Shown here piece by piece: positions 29,946 to 40,089 of a stretch of 64,000 nucleotides of DNA. The first letter of the stretch is position 1. Each line of letters begins with the position of its first letter. Source of the stretch: Thermodesulfobacteriota bacterium (GTDB lineage: Bacteria; Desulfobacterota_D; UBA1144; Nemesobacterales; Mycalebacteriaceae). Position numbers and translations under genes: made by a program. The DNA lies in contig CBDAQI010000001.1 of NCBI GenBank assembly GCA_965198945.1, positions 329,344 through 393,343 on the forward strand. The letters run 5' to 3'. A model generated the notes under the pieces. The model was not told where the DNA came from. It did not search any database and was given only the letters and a program-made list of their open reading frames with translations.

Positions 29946-32900
29946 CTACATTCTGTCAGTCGCAATTTTTTGCTGGTCGGGCGGATACCCGTATTTTTTC
30001 AAAAGTCTCTTAACAGTTATTCTCAGTTTTGCCCTGACACTTTCTTTTATTGTCCAGTCTATTGAAGTGTTCTTTTTTACATTCTCAACCAGTATACGGG
30101 CAAGTTCCACCAAAGAGTCATTTCCCATTACTTCCTTAGCGCTCCCGTTCATTACAAGCGCATCATAAAAAGCGACTTCATCATCAGACAAGCCCATATC
30201 AACCGCTCTTTCATCGGAAATTTTCATCTCTTTGGCGATGTAAATTAATTCCTCTATAATCTCCGCGGCGGTCAGAAGGTTATTTTTGTATTTCCTGATT
30301 GCTTCTTCAAGCATTTCGGAGAATTTTTTGCTTTGAGCCAGATTCTTTTTTGTTCTCGTTACTATTTCATCGCTCAGTATTTTTCTGAGCAGTTTCAGAG
30401 CGAGGTTTTTGTGTCGCATTCCCTTTATTTCTTCAAGAAATTCATCGGAAAGAATTGATATGTCCGGTTTTTTAATTCCGGCGGCGTCAAAAATATCAAT
30501 TACACCGTCCACGACAACCGCTCTGTCAACTATTTGCCTGATTGCCGTTTCCATTTCAGTATTGCTTCCGCCGCTTCCTTCGGGTTCAAATTTATTCAGC
30601 CGCGCCTTCACAGCTTGAAAAAATCCAACTTCGGCTTTTATGTTCATCGCCCTGGGATTGGGAACAGAGAGTGCAAAAGCTTTTGACAGCAGAGTAATTT
30701 CATTAGTAAATCTCTCTTTGCCGTTATTGAGACCCAGAATGTGTTCCTCGGCTTCCAGAATCAGTGTCATTTTCTCTCCGGTTTCGGCCGTGAAATAATC
30801 TTTATAATCAAAACCGTTGAACATCTGGGCGATCACTTCGTATTTTTCCAGCATTTTTTCAACTGCTTTTTCCTGCTCAAAAGCCGGATTCCCTCTGCCG
30901 CCGCTTTGTGTATATGACGCGAGAGCCCGCTTCAAATCAGACGCAATGCCTATGTAGTCAACAACAAGCCCTCCGGTTTTATCCTTGTAAACCCTGTTCA
31001 CGCGGGCTATGGCTTGCATAAGGTTGTGGCTTCTTATTATTTTATCAATGTAGAGAGTGTCCAGACACGGAGCATCAAAACCCGTAAGCCACATATCGCA
31101 CACGATAACCAGATGCAGCGGGTCTTCGGGATCTTTGAACCTTTCTCTCATCTTTTTTCTTTCCTGCTTTGTGGTCGCGTGTTTCTGCCATCCGGCGGGG
31201 TCGCTTGACTGCGAGGTCATCACAACCTTTACGGCGCCCTTGTTTTTATTTTCATCATGCCATTGGGGTCGCAGATTGGTTATTTCATCATACATTGCAA
31301 CCGCTATGCGGCGGCTTGTGGTAACAATCATGGCTTTGCCTTCGCACGCCTCGCGCCTCGCTTCAAAATGTTTGAGGATATCCGCCACAACGGTTTTTAT
31401 TCTTTCTTTGTGTCCTACAATGGCTTCCAGTTTTGTCCATTTGGCTTTCGCTTTTTCAGAAAAAGTCGTTTCTTCGCTTTCAATAATTGATTCAATCTAG
31501 GCGTCCAGAAGATCTTTTTCTTCCTCTTTGAGACTGACTTCAACAAGGCGTGATTCGTAGAAAATCGGCACTGTCGCTCCGTCTTCAACCGCCTGTTCTA
31601 TGTCGTAAATATCTATTTAATTCCCGAAAACGGCCGCGGTTGAGGCATCGTCTTTTTCAATCGGTGTGCCCGTGAACCCTATGAAAGAGGCGTCCGGTAG
31701 CGCATCTCTCAGATATTTGGCGAACCCGTAGACTGTCCTTGCTCCCTATTTCATAAAGTGAGTTTTCGCGCCGAATCCGTATTGGCTTCTGTGCGCTTCA
31801 TCGGCAATTACGACAATGTTTTTCCTGTTTGAGAGAAGTTCAAAACTGTCGCCTCCGTCTTCCGGAGAGAATTTCTGAATTGTTGAAAAAACAACTCCTC
31901 CGCCCGATGTTTTCAGAAGTTTTTTCAGGTGTTCACGGCTTTCCGCCTGTTCAGGCTCCTGCCTGAGAAGGTTTTTGCCTGCGGCAAACGCTCCGAACAA
32001 CTGGTCGTCAAGGTCGTTGCGGTCCGTAATAACAACAATGGTGGGATTTTCCATTTCCCCGCTTACAACAAGCAGTCCCGCATAGAAAACCATGGACAGT
32101 GATTTTCCGCTGCCTTGAGTGTGCCAGACCACTCCCGCTTTTCGGTCTCCCCTTGGCTGGTCTTTAACCCCGGGCAGTCCGAATTGTTCGGGCGATTCCA
32201 CCAAGTCCGTTTTCTTTTTTCCGTAAGACGCTCTTATTGTGGATTTAACCGCTTCTTTCACGGCGTGGTATTGATGGTAGGCGGCAATTTTCTTTTCCTT
32301 TTGTATAAGTGTCTGTCCCGTTTCGGGGTGGACACTTTTTGTGCTCTCAAAAACGGTAAAATGTCTTATTAAATCAATCAAAACTTCCGGTCTCAGCATG
32401 CCTTTTATAAGGGTTTCAATCTGAGGCGTTGTCTTCGGGTCTTCCCTTTTCCCGTCTACGGTTTTCCATGCCATGAATCGCGACCAGCCCGAAGTCAGAG
32501 AGCCGGCTCTTGCTTCAAGACCGTCTGAGGCGACGAGAACTCCGTTATAACAAAACAGACTCGGTATTGTCTGTTTATAGGTTTGCAGTTGGTCAAACGC
32601 TTTTTGAACGGTTGCTTTTTCATCAGCCGGGTTTTTCAACTCAATCACCGCAACGGGAATGCCGTTTATAAAAAGAACCACATCCGGTCTTTTTGTTATG
32701 TTGTTTTCTGTAACCGTGAATTGATTGCAGACCGCGAAATTGTTATTCATCGGATTTTCAAAATCAATCAGCCACACTCTTGCGCCGACTGTTTCGCCAT
32801 TTTTCCGGTGTTCCTCCGCGACACCTTCAATCAGCATGTCATAGAACTTCTCATTGCTTTCAATCAGGTTTTGACTCGAAAGTGCCGTCACTTCCCGAAT

Positions 32901-33095
32901 CGCTTGTTCGCGGACTTGTGAGGGCGGGGCGGGGTTGAGGTTGTAAATCGCAGTTTCAAGACGTTTACGCAGTATTACGCCCGTGCCGTTTTCACGCTCG
33001 GTTTCCTGATATTCGGGCGGAATATATTCATAACCCTGTTGTTGGAGCAGGTTTATTGCGTGTTGTTCAACACCGGATTCGCGGAGTTTGAGCAT
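29946..33095 (-). pseudogene. hsdR: Type I restriction endonuclease R subunit, interrupted by three in-frame stops
   Basis: RPDVVLFINGIPVAVIELK, HTQGSGKS, DEAHRSQY, FTGTP, DMWLTGFDAP, MQAIARVNR; one frame of 1050 codons with TAG 31746-48, TAA 31617-19, TAG 31497-99; last helix looks truncated. Confidence 0.93.
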
Positions 33096-33099
33096 GTTT

Positions 33100-34338
33100 T
33101 TATATTTTATCCCAAAGGCGTTTTATCGGAACGGCGTAAAGTTTTTCTCCGAATCCGATCATTTTTTCTCCGTTATAAAGCACCGTGCCGCCCGAAAAAC
33201 ATTTTCCCATGTCTGACTTCAGGCGGCGCAGGCCCCGAAAATCGGAATGGGAAACGGTTGCCGCTGATTTTACCTCAACTCCGGCTATGGAATTGATGCT
33301 GCGCTGGATGACGATGTCGGTTTCCGTTCCGTCTTTGTCCCGACAGTGAAAAAATTGATGCTTTGTTTTGTGTCCGTCCGCCTGCCTTTGCAGTTCCTGA
33401 AGCACAAAAGTTTCAAGAAGCTGTCCGAGTAGCGGTCGGTCTTTTTTTAACTCGTTTGCGTCCACACCCAACAGCGCACAGGCAAGACCCGTGTCCGTCA
33501 GGTGCAGTTTGGGGGTCTTGACAAATCGTTTGCGGCGATTGGTGTGCCATGCGGGAATTTTTTCAATCAGAAACAGGCGTTCCAGCAGTGAAATATAGTC
33601 TTGAATTGTCGTTCTGCTGAGTTGGAAAGAGCTTGCCAGTTTATTTGTATTCAGAAGCTGCGCGGTGGACATTGCCGACAGTTCCAGCAGTCTCGGCAGA
33701 TCTTCAACCGACCTGATGCGGGAAATTGTAAATGCGTCGGTATTTGCTATGGTTGTCAGATAACTCTTATACCACTCAATACGGCGTTTCTTTCCGGAAT
33801 ATCTCAGGGGTGCGGGATAGCCTCCCGAAACTATTTTCCCCGCAAGTTCAGTTTGATTTGTTTTCCAGCGTGTGGGGAATTTTGCGGAAAACAGCGCATC
33901 AAGAAAGTCCGGTTTTCTGCGTTTAAGCTCGGTTTGCGCAAGCGGACGCATGCGAATAATTTCCATTCTTCCGGCAAGAGAATCAGACAGTCCCCGCACA
34001 TGCAGTACGCTGACTGAACCCGTCAGAATAAAACGTCCCGGAACACGGTTTTTATCAACAGCGAGTTTTATCTGTGAAAAGATTTTCGGGGATTTCTGAA
34101 TCTCGTCAAGTATGATTTTTTCAGGCAGAGAATTAACGAAACCCACCGGATCGTTCAGGGCATAATCCAGAGTTTCCGCGTCATCCATACTTATATATGT
34201 GTAACCTGCGGCTTTGCCCACTTTTTGTGCGAGAGTTGTTTTCCCGCACTGGCGCGGTCCGTGAATCAAAATAACCGGAGAGTCCTTCAAAGCCTCTTTC
34301 AGACGCGGTTCCACATGTCGGGGATACAGTTTCGGCAT
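33100..34338 (-). CDS. AAA+ ATPase with DUF4143 / C-terminal PD-(D/E)xK-like domain
   Basis: GPRQCGKTT Walker A, ILDEIQK, ILTGS, SLAGR, KLHLTDTGL, ETDIV...VEVKS. Confidence 0.9.
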   Translation of the reverse strand: MPKLYPRHVEPRLKEALKDSPVILIHGPRQCGKTTLAQKVGKAAGYTYISMDDAETLDYALNDPVGFVNSLPEKIILDEIQKSPKIFSQIKLAVDKNRVPGRFILTGSVSVLHVRGLSDSLAGRMEIIRMRPLAQTELKRRKPDFLDALFSAKFPTRWKTNQTELAGKIVSGGYPAPLRYSGKKRRIEWYKSYLTTIANTDAFTISRIRSVEDLPRLLELSAMSTAQLLNTNKLASSFQLSRTTIQDYISLLERLFLIEKIPAWHTNRRKRFVKTPKLHLTDTGLACALLGVDANELKKDRPLLGQLLETFVLQELQRQADGHKTKHQFFHCRDKDGTETDIVIQRSINSIAGVEVKSAATVSHSDFRGLRRLKSDMGKCFSGGTVLYNGEKMIGFGEKLYAVPIKRLWDKI

Positions 34339-34345
34339 TGGGCTG

Positions 34346-34374
34346 ATTGTAGCAAGACAGGGGGATGATTGCAA
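34346..34374 (-). promoter_or_regulatory. Sigma70-like promoter of the ATPase-hsdR unit (probably leaderless)
   Basis: TTGCAA-N17-(TGC)TACAAT, 7 nt before ATG 34338, no SD sequence. Confidence 0.6.
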
Positions 34375-34394
34375 GTTTAAGAGGGGGACAATTG

Positions 34395-34703
34395 TCAGTT
34401 GTAATGGTGGCTGATTGTTAGTTTCTTGCTTATTAATTTGGACCAGAGAGTGTCGTGAAAAGTGTTCATTTGTTTTGTTTCTCTGATGCCTTCAATCAGC
34501 ATCTCATAGAACTTTTTGTTGCTTTCAATCAGATTTTGACCCGAAAGCGCGGTTGTTTGACCTAATGTCTGTTCACGGATTTGTGAGAGCAGGGTGGGGT
34601 TGAGGTTCGAAATTGCAGATTCAATACGGTCGCACATGATTAGGCCCGTGCCACATTTGATTCGTTCACCTTCAAAGGTGATGTAGTTATTTATTTCTAC
34701 CAT
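34395..34703 (-). pseudogene. Chimeric remnant: hsdR 5' fragment fused to an hsdS-like 3' fragment
   Basis: 34489-34652 is colinear with hsdR 32824-32987 (LSGQNLIESNKKFYEMLIEG vs LSSQNLIESNEKFYDMLIEG); tail HDTLWSKLIS resembles the HsdS end RDILLPKLMS. Confidence 0.8.
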
Positions 34704-34727
34704 TCTTTTGTGATAGACCCAAAGGGT

Positions 34728-35510
34728 TTATGCCGTAAGTTTGTTTAATGTTTCAGGCTGGTGTCTATCACTCCATAAAATTGATTCAGCCTTTTTGCTT
34801 TTGAGAGCATCCAAATATTCAGGTTTTATATCTTTATCTATATTGTTGATAACAGCCATTCCCTTTAGCTCTTTCCCTGATATTTTTTCCCTTGCTTCTT
34901 TGATGTCTTCCCAACCAAAAAGAAAGTTAGGCACATTAATTTTATTTAGTGAGTTGAACGATTTTATGACTAATTCTTTTTCTCTTCCCGCTATCTGAAA
35001 ATCAAAAATGAATTCTATGCCCGTGCTTCCTTTGGCTATAAATCCGGGAGTATAGATGATATTTTGCTCATCAAAAAATGTTTTCACATCTTCTTTAAAC
35101 AAAGACGAAACTGTGTGCTTTGCCATCATTGCCATATCAACAACTTCTGAAATGGCACAGATGAGATTGTGTTTTTTTTGAGGAAAATCTTTTTCTGTTC
35201 CTACTGTTTGCAGTTCTTTGCCCTCCAATGTAATTCCATAGTTCAGCAGTATCATATCCAACCATTCTTTACGTTTGACAGACCTTGTAATATTTACACC
35301 GGATAGTTCGAGGTTTGAAAAGGTGACACCATCGTCAGAAAGGAAGATTTTTTCATTCGTTTTTTTTGCATACACCTCAATATTATCATTATATAAACCG
35401 ATAAAAGGAGTAGTTATAGCAAACCAATCGGTTTGTTCACTCTTTTGAATACTTGTTTGGTCTTTAAGCCAACTGTAATAATTTTTTATGCTGTTATCTA
35501 CCCAGTTCAT
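34728..35510 (-). CDS. DUF1828/DUF1829 domain protein
   Basis: YYSWLKD...ITTPF...ND.IE.Y...LSDDG N-domain; GSTGIEFIFDF...IKSFN C-domain (REase-like). Confidence 0.75.
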   Translation of the reverse strand: MNWVDNSIKNYYSWLKDQTSIQKSEQTDWFAITTPFIGLYNDNIEVYAKKTNEKIFLSDDGVTFSNLELSGVNITRSVKRKEWLDMILLNYGITLEGKELQTVGTEKDFPQKKHNLICAISEVVDMAMMAKHTVSSLFKEDVKTFFDEQNIIYTPGFIAKGSTGIEFIFDFQIAGREKELVIKSFNSLNKINVPNFLFGWEDIKEAREKISGKELKGMAVINNIDKDIKPEYLDALKSKKAESILWSDRHQPETLNKLTA

Positions 35511-36037
35511 AGCAGTAAAGTGTTTATATTAATGACTGTTTTTACATTTAGCACTTTGGCAAAGCTTTTAATCACATCAGCAAAAGTATTATTGAACCCG
35601 ACATCTGGCAACTCTTTTATGGGAAAACCATCATCTGTTAGAGGAATCGCCCAGGCCAAAGATTTATAACCCTCTACGTGGTAGTGTATATGATGTTCCT
35701 TGTTCGTAAAACGCTTTCCGGCGTAAGGGTGAAACTTTTCAGGGACAAGTTTGGAAACTTGCACAGGATTTTGATGGCCACTGTTGTAGTCAACACGTAA
35801 CAAGCCAATCTTGCTATTATTTTCTTGTGCGTGAAAGCTTAACCGAACAGTATTTTTTTGGCTTTGTTGGAATTCCCACAGAAAAGTAAATTCATCATCT
35901 TGTTCAGAAACCAGTTCATATCTTTTTGAAAATGGAAATTTTTGACAGATTGTGATGTTGTCGAGCAATTGTTCTCTTTCGACAATTCTCTTGGAAAGAC
36001 CAAGTAAGTATTCGGCTTGTTCATTACTTATTATCAT
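35507..36037 (-). CDS. DUF6978-like hypothetical protein
   Basis: EQAEYLLGLSK N-terminus, LLRVDY..GHQNP, HHIHYHVEGY..LAWAIPL; ATGA overlaps on both sides. Confidence 0.7.
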   Translation of the reverse strand: MIISNEQAEYLLGLSKRIVEREQLLDNITICQKFPFSKRYELVSEQDDEFTFLWEFQQSQKNTVRLSFHAQENNSKIGLLRVDYNSGHQNPVQVSKLVPEKFHPYAGKRFTNKEHHIHYHVEGYKSLAWAIPLTDDGFPIKELPDVGFNNTFADVIKSFAKVLNVKTVININTLLL

Positions 36038-37194
36038 TTCATCTCATTATTTTTTGCCCCTATCTTGCCACTCATCAGTTTTGGTAGCAAAATATCCCTT
36101 AAATTTTCAATTGTGGCGATATGTTCAGAGTTCAGTTTTATTTTCTCAAACAATGGCATCATAACCTTGTCCATTCTTTTTATCTGCTTGTTCTGAGGGA
36201 CACAGACCATTGATATTGAAAGGTCGTTTCTTTTGATATGTCCCATTGTTGTTGACTTACTATTTGCTATTTGAACAAATCTGTCCATATGACGTTTTGT
36301 CCAAAAATAAACATACCAATTAGGATACTGGGTGGAAGTAACCTTAAAGAGATGTTGATTTAAGACACACTTTGTTCCATGCCACAGTTTAATCATCAAA
36401 CTTCCAGACCAAGAAAAAATAATATCGCCACTCTGAACAATATACTCATTTTCTACTTTTGATGTTGCCCAATCAGAGTTTTTAGAAATTCCATCCCTCA
36501 ATTCCTTAATTTTCAAGACCGGCAATTTGTCATTTTCATTTCTTGGCGGATAGTTTTGGCAAGCAAGTCCATTGAGATAATTTGCTACTTCATCTAATGG
36601 TTTTTTCTTCCACCCCTCATCCGCTTTCCCTTCGGCAAGATCAGGGCGGCGCTCCACAAACCACTGGCGGAATAGTGTTTGCGCCATATCTTCAAGCGTT
36701 TTGTTTTGGCGATGGAGCAAGTCTATTTTGTCGTCAAGAGATGATAACACTTCGGCAATGGCTTTTTGTTCGGGGAGGGGGGGTAAAGGACTTCTAAATT
36801 TTCAATGTCTTTTTTGCTTACAGAAGAAAAGACGCTTCCGGAGGAATTTTTGTTCAATTCAGATTTTAGACTTTTTAGTAGATAAAAGAGAAAATCCTGC
36901 TCTCCTTTTTTGTGTCTCAATCCTGCATTGCCGCGACCAATAGAGCATTTCTCTTTCGTAAAGTTAACTTTGCCTACCGGCGCCCGCACACTCAGCAAAA
37001 TATCATTTTCTTCAAGAATTTTTCCTAGGGGCCGAGCAATAAATTCTTGGAATTACAAACTTGTCTTTGAAATCCACTACACACTGATAAAAAGGTAATC
37101 CGACATTTTCTTCATTATAGGTTTCGGACTTAGGTGACTGCCCCATAGTTATCTCTGCCACATCTACCAATCTAGTTTTCCACCACTTACTCAT
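36034..37194 (-). CDS. hsdS: Type I R-M specificity subunit (two homopolymer frameshifts)
   Basis: MGQSP...GLPF, SVRAPVG, IGRG TRD1; EQKAIAEVLSSLDDKIDLLHRQNKTLE conserved helix; SWSGSL, LNQHLFKV TRD2; RDILLPKLMSG end; breaks near 37020 and 36780. Confidence 0.93.
36628..36651. repeat. 24-nt REP-like unit apparently inserted in frame in hsdS
   Basis: CCCTTCGGCAAGATCAGGGCGGCG encodes RRPDLAEG between WFVE and KADEGW; shares a TTCGGC...TCA core with the repeat at 37219. Confidence 0.55.
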
Positions 37195-37572
37195 TGATAG
37201 TTAGCTTTTGCGGGTCGTTTCGGCTCCGCTCAACGACCGCGTTGTTATTTTCTGTTGGCTGAGCGGAGCCGAAGCCAACATGAGACGTCCCATTCAAACA
37301 CCTTGACAATTCCCGCAATTTTTCAGGCATTCCCCGTATCAACGCTTCCTTCTTTTTTCTGCTCCAGCCCTGTATTTGTTTTTCTCTCTGAAAAACGCCT
37401 CATCAATCCGCTGAAATTCCTCGGCATATACCAGAATCACCGGGAATCTTTTCTTAGTATGATTAGATCCCTTGCCTGCTTGGTGCTGTGCCATTCGCAT
37501 CTCTAAATTATTTGTGCTGCCCGTATAATAGCTGCCGTCCGAACATTGCAATATATACATCCAGCCCTTCAT
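37187..37572 (-). CDS. Small GIY-YIG nuclease (UPF0213/YhbQ-like), two frameshifts in A runs
   Basis: WMYILQCSDGSYYTGST.NLE.R..QH..G.G...TK.R.PV.LVY.E; continues REKQIQGWSRKKKEALI after a shift at ~37380; ATGA overlap with hsdM. Confidence 0.85.
37219..37279. repeat. REP-like inverted repeat pair in the 3' end of the GIY-YIG gene
   Basis: TTCGGCTCCGCTCA (37219-32) and TGAGCGGAGCCGAA (37260-73) are a perfect 14-bp inverted repeat; the right unit is itself enclosed by GTTGGCT/AGCCAAC. Confidence 0.8.
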
Positions 37573-39106
37573 TTCGGCATCTCAATTTTAGACAAATTCT
37601 TTTTAATACGCCGGTTGAGGCGGTCTTGCTCTTTCAACTGTTCTTCAAACTCCGCTTTTAATTCCGCAAACCGTTTTTCAAAATCAAAATCATCTTCAAT
37701 TTCCGCAAGACCCACATACCGCCCCGGGACTCAACACATAGTCCAATTCTCTGATTTTCTCCGTTTTAACCGAAGCACAGAACCCCGGAATGTCCTTATA
37801 TTTTCCGTCCGTTTTGCGCCACCCGTGGTAAGTGTTCGCAATTTTTGCTATGTCCTCACCGGAAAACTCCCTTGTGCGGCGATTGATTAAATGCCCGAGT
37901 TCCTTTGCGTCTATGAACAGAATTTCACCTTTGCGGCTGCGGTCGCCGTTGTAGCCGTGCCGCTTGTTTGAAATGAACCACAAACACGCGGGAATCTGAG
38001 TATTCAGAAAAAGTTTCGCGGGCAGATTGACGATGCAGTCAACAATTCCGGCGTCAACTATGTTCTTGCGGATTACATCCTCATTTGACGATTTTGAAGT
38101 CAGCGAGCCCTTTGACAGCACAAAACCGGCAAACCCTTTTGGCGAAAGGTGATGTATAAAATGCTGAACCCAAGCGAAATTGGCATTGCCGCCCGGAGGA
38201 TCTCCGTATTTCCATCTGCCGTCACCCTGCAACTGTTTTCCACTCCAGTCGCTGTCATTGAAAGGCGGATTTGCGAGAATAAAATCCGCCTTTCAGGTCC
38301 GGGTGAGCATCATGTAGAAATGAACTTTCGTTGTTCCATTTCACCTGCGAGCCGTCTATGTTGCGAATTGCAAGATTCATCCGGCAGAGCCGGTAGGTTG
38401 TCTGATTGCTTTCCTGTCCGTAAATGGAAATGTCGTTGATTTTTCCCCGGTGGGATTTAATAAATTTCTCGCTTGACACAAACATTCCGCCGCTGCCGCA
38501 GCATGGGTCAAAAACCCTGCCTTTATAAGTCTCTATCATTTCAACAAGCAGGTTGACTATGGAAGCCGGAGTATAGAACTGACCGCCTTTTTTGCCTTCG
38601 GCAAGGGCGAACTCTCCGAGAAAATACTCGTAAACTCTGCCGAGAACATCCTTTGATTTCGCGGCGTCATCACCGAGCGCAATGTTGCTGAACAGATCAA
38701 TTAAACCTCCGAGCGCTGAAGACGAAACATTGGGCCTTGAAAATGCCTTGGGCAAAATCCCTTTTAGGGTTTTGTTTTCACTCTCTATTGACTCCATCGC
38801 CTTGTCCAGAATGCCGCCTATGTCAATCTGCTTTGCCTGAGACTGAAGGTAAATCCACCTTGCTTTTTTCGGAACCCAGAAAACATTTTCCGCCCGGTAT
38901 TCATCCGGATCCTCAGGGTCGGCGTATTCTTCGCTTTCCAACTGTTTTTTACGCGCTTCAAAAGAGTCCGATATATATTTGAGAAATAACAGGCCGAGCG
39001 CGACATGCTTGTATTCCGCCGCGTCTATGTTTTTGCGGAGCTTGTCCGCCGCGGCGAAAAGTTTGCGCTCAAGGTTTAAGGATTCAGTTTCTTTGCCTTC
39101 AGTCAT
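37569..39106 (-). CDS. hsdM: Type I R-M N6-adenine methyltransferase (two frameshifts)
   Basis: AADKLRKN, YEYFLGEFA..EGKKGGQFYTP, motif I DPCCGSGGMF, motif IV NPPF (after shift at ~38290), LSPGRYVG (after shift at ~37725). Confidence 0.95.
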
Positions 39107-39186
39107 TCTTTTTATTCTAACTCCGAAAAGCTTTCTGTTTCAAATACTCCTCTCCGTCCGTATAACCAAGAAGTATGAAATCAAAA

Positions 39187-40083
39187 TTATTTCATTGACC
39201 TATACTTATAACCTTCTCCAATCTTCCAAATACCTCTTTCCCGAAAAGCCGGTATTGTCTGGCGGCGGGCGGCGTTTGTAGCAGAGGGTGCCGAAAGTTT
39301 CCGTTTTTTTATGTAATCCGACAGGCGGACGATTTTTTCGCCTTTCAAATAGGCTATCCGTTTGTACAGGGATTCCAGCAAGGCAATGTATAAAATCCTT
39401 TCCATGGTTTTTGTTTTTTGAGTTTCTCCGTATTCGGCAAAAGCCTGATAATAGGTTTGCTTTTCACTGTTGCGAATTATTATTCGCGGAAAACCCAACG
39501 CCAATAATTGAAAATTTATAATTACGCGTCCGATTCGTCCGTTGCCGTCGCAAAACGGATGGATCGTTTCAAAATCCAGATGGAACCGTGCAATTTTATC
39601 CAGAAAATAACCTTCCATATCGTTTGAGTGGGAAACCAGAATTTCATTGATCATTTTTTCAATATGCTCCGGTGCGGGCGCAATGTGGTAACCGACTCTC
39701 ACAAATTCACCCTCCCGCCGGAAATGCCCGGCTATTGAGTCGTCAATTCCACCCATGAGCATATTGTGCAGAAAAAGTATCAGTTCTTCGGTCAGAGGAG
39801 TGTTCGCAGCTTTGCCGCGCTTGTATGAAATTACACGCGCCAGATTTTTGGCCTCAAAGATTTCCCTTACGGACACATTGCGGGAGATTTCCATTTCCAG
39901 CAAAATCTTCTCAGTTTCATTGAGCGTCAGTGTGGAATTCTCTATCGCATTTGAGTTATAGACATTCTCCGGCGCCTCCGCTTCATCAATCAGGGTTAAA
40001 AGAGACTCTCTGCCATCTTTCAGAGAATCGTATTCTTCACGCAACAACTGGATTCTTCTTCTGGCCGGTTTGGATATTGCCAC
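39187..40083 (-). CDS. Fic family protein with C-terminal HTH-like extension
   Basis: VYNSNAIENSTLT, Fic motif HPFCDGNGRIGR; tail LSDY.K.RKLSAPSATNAARRQTIPAFRERGIWKIG; start taken as GTG 40083. Confidence 0.9.
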   Translation of the reverse strand: MAISKPARRRIQLLREEYDSLKDGRESLLTLIDEAEAPENVYNSNAIENSTLTLNETEKILLEMEISRNVSVREIFEAKNLARVISYKRGKAANTPLTEELILFLHNMLMGGIDDSIAGHFRREGEFVRVGYHIAPAPEHIEKMINEILVSHSNDMEGYFLDKIARFHLDFETIHPFCDGNGRIGRVIINFQLLALGFPRIIIRNSEKQTYYQAFAEYGETQKTKTMERILYIALLESLYKRIAYLKGEKIVRLSDYIKKRKLSAPSATNAARRQTIPAFRERGIWKIGEGYKYRSMK

Positions 40084-40089
40084 GATTAT

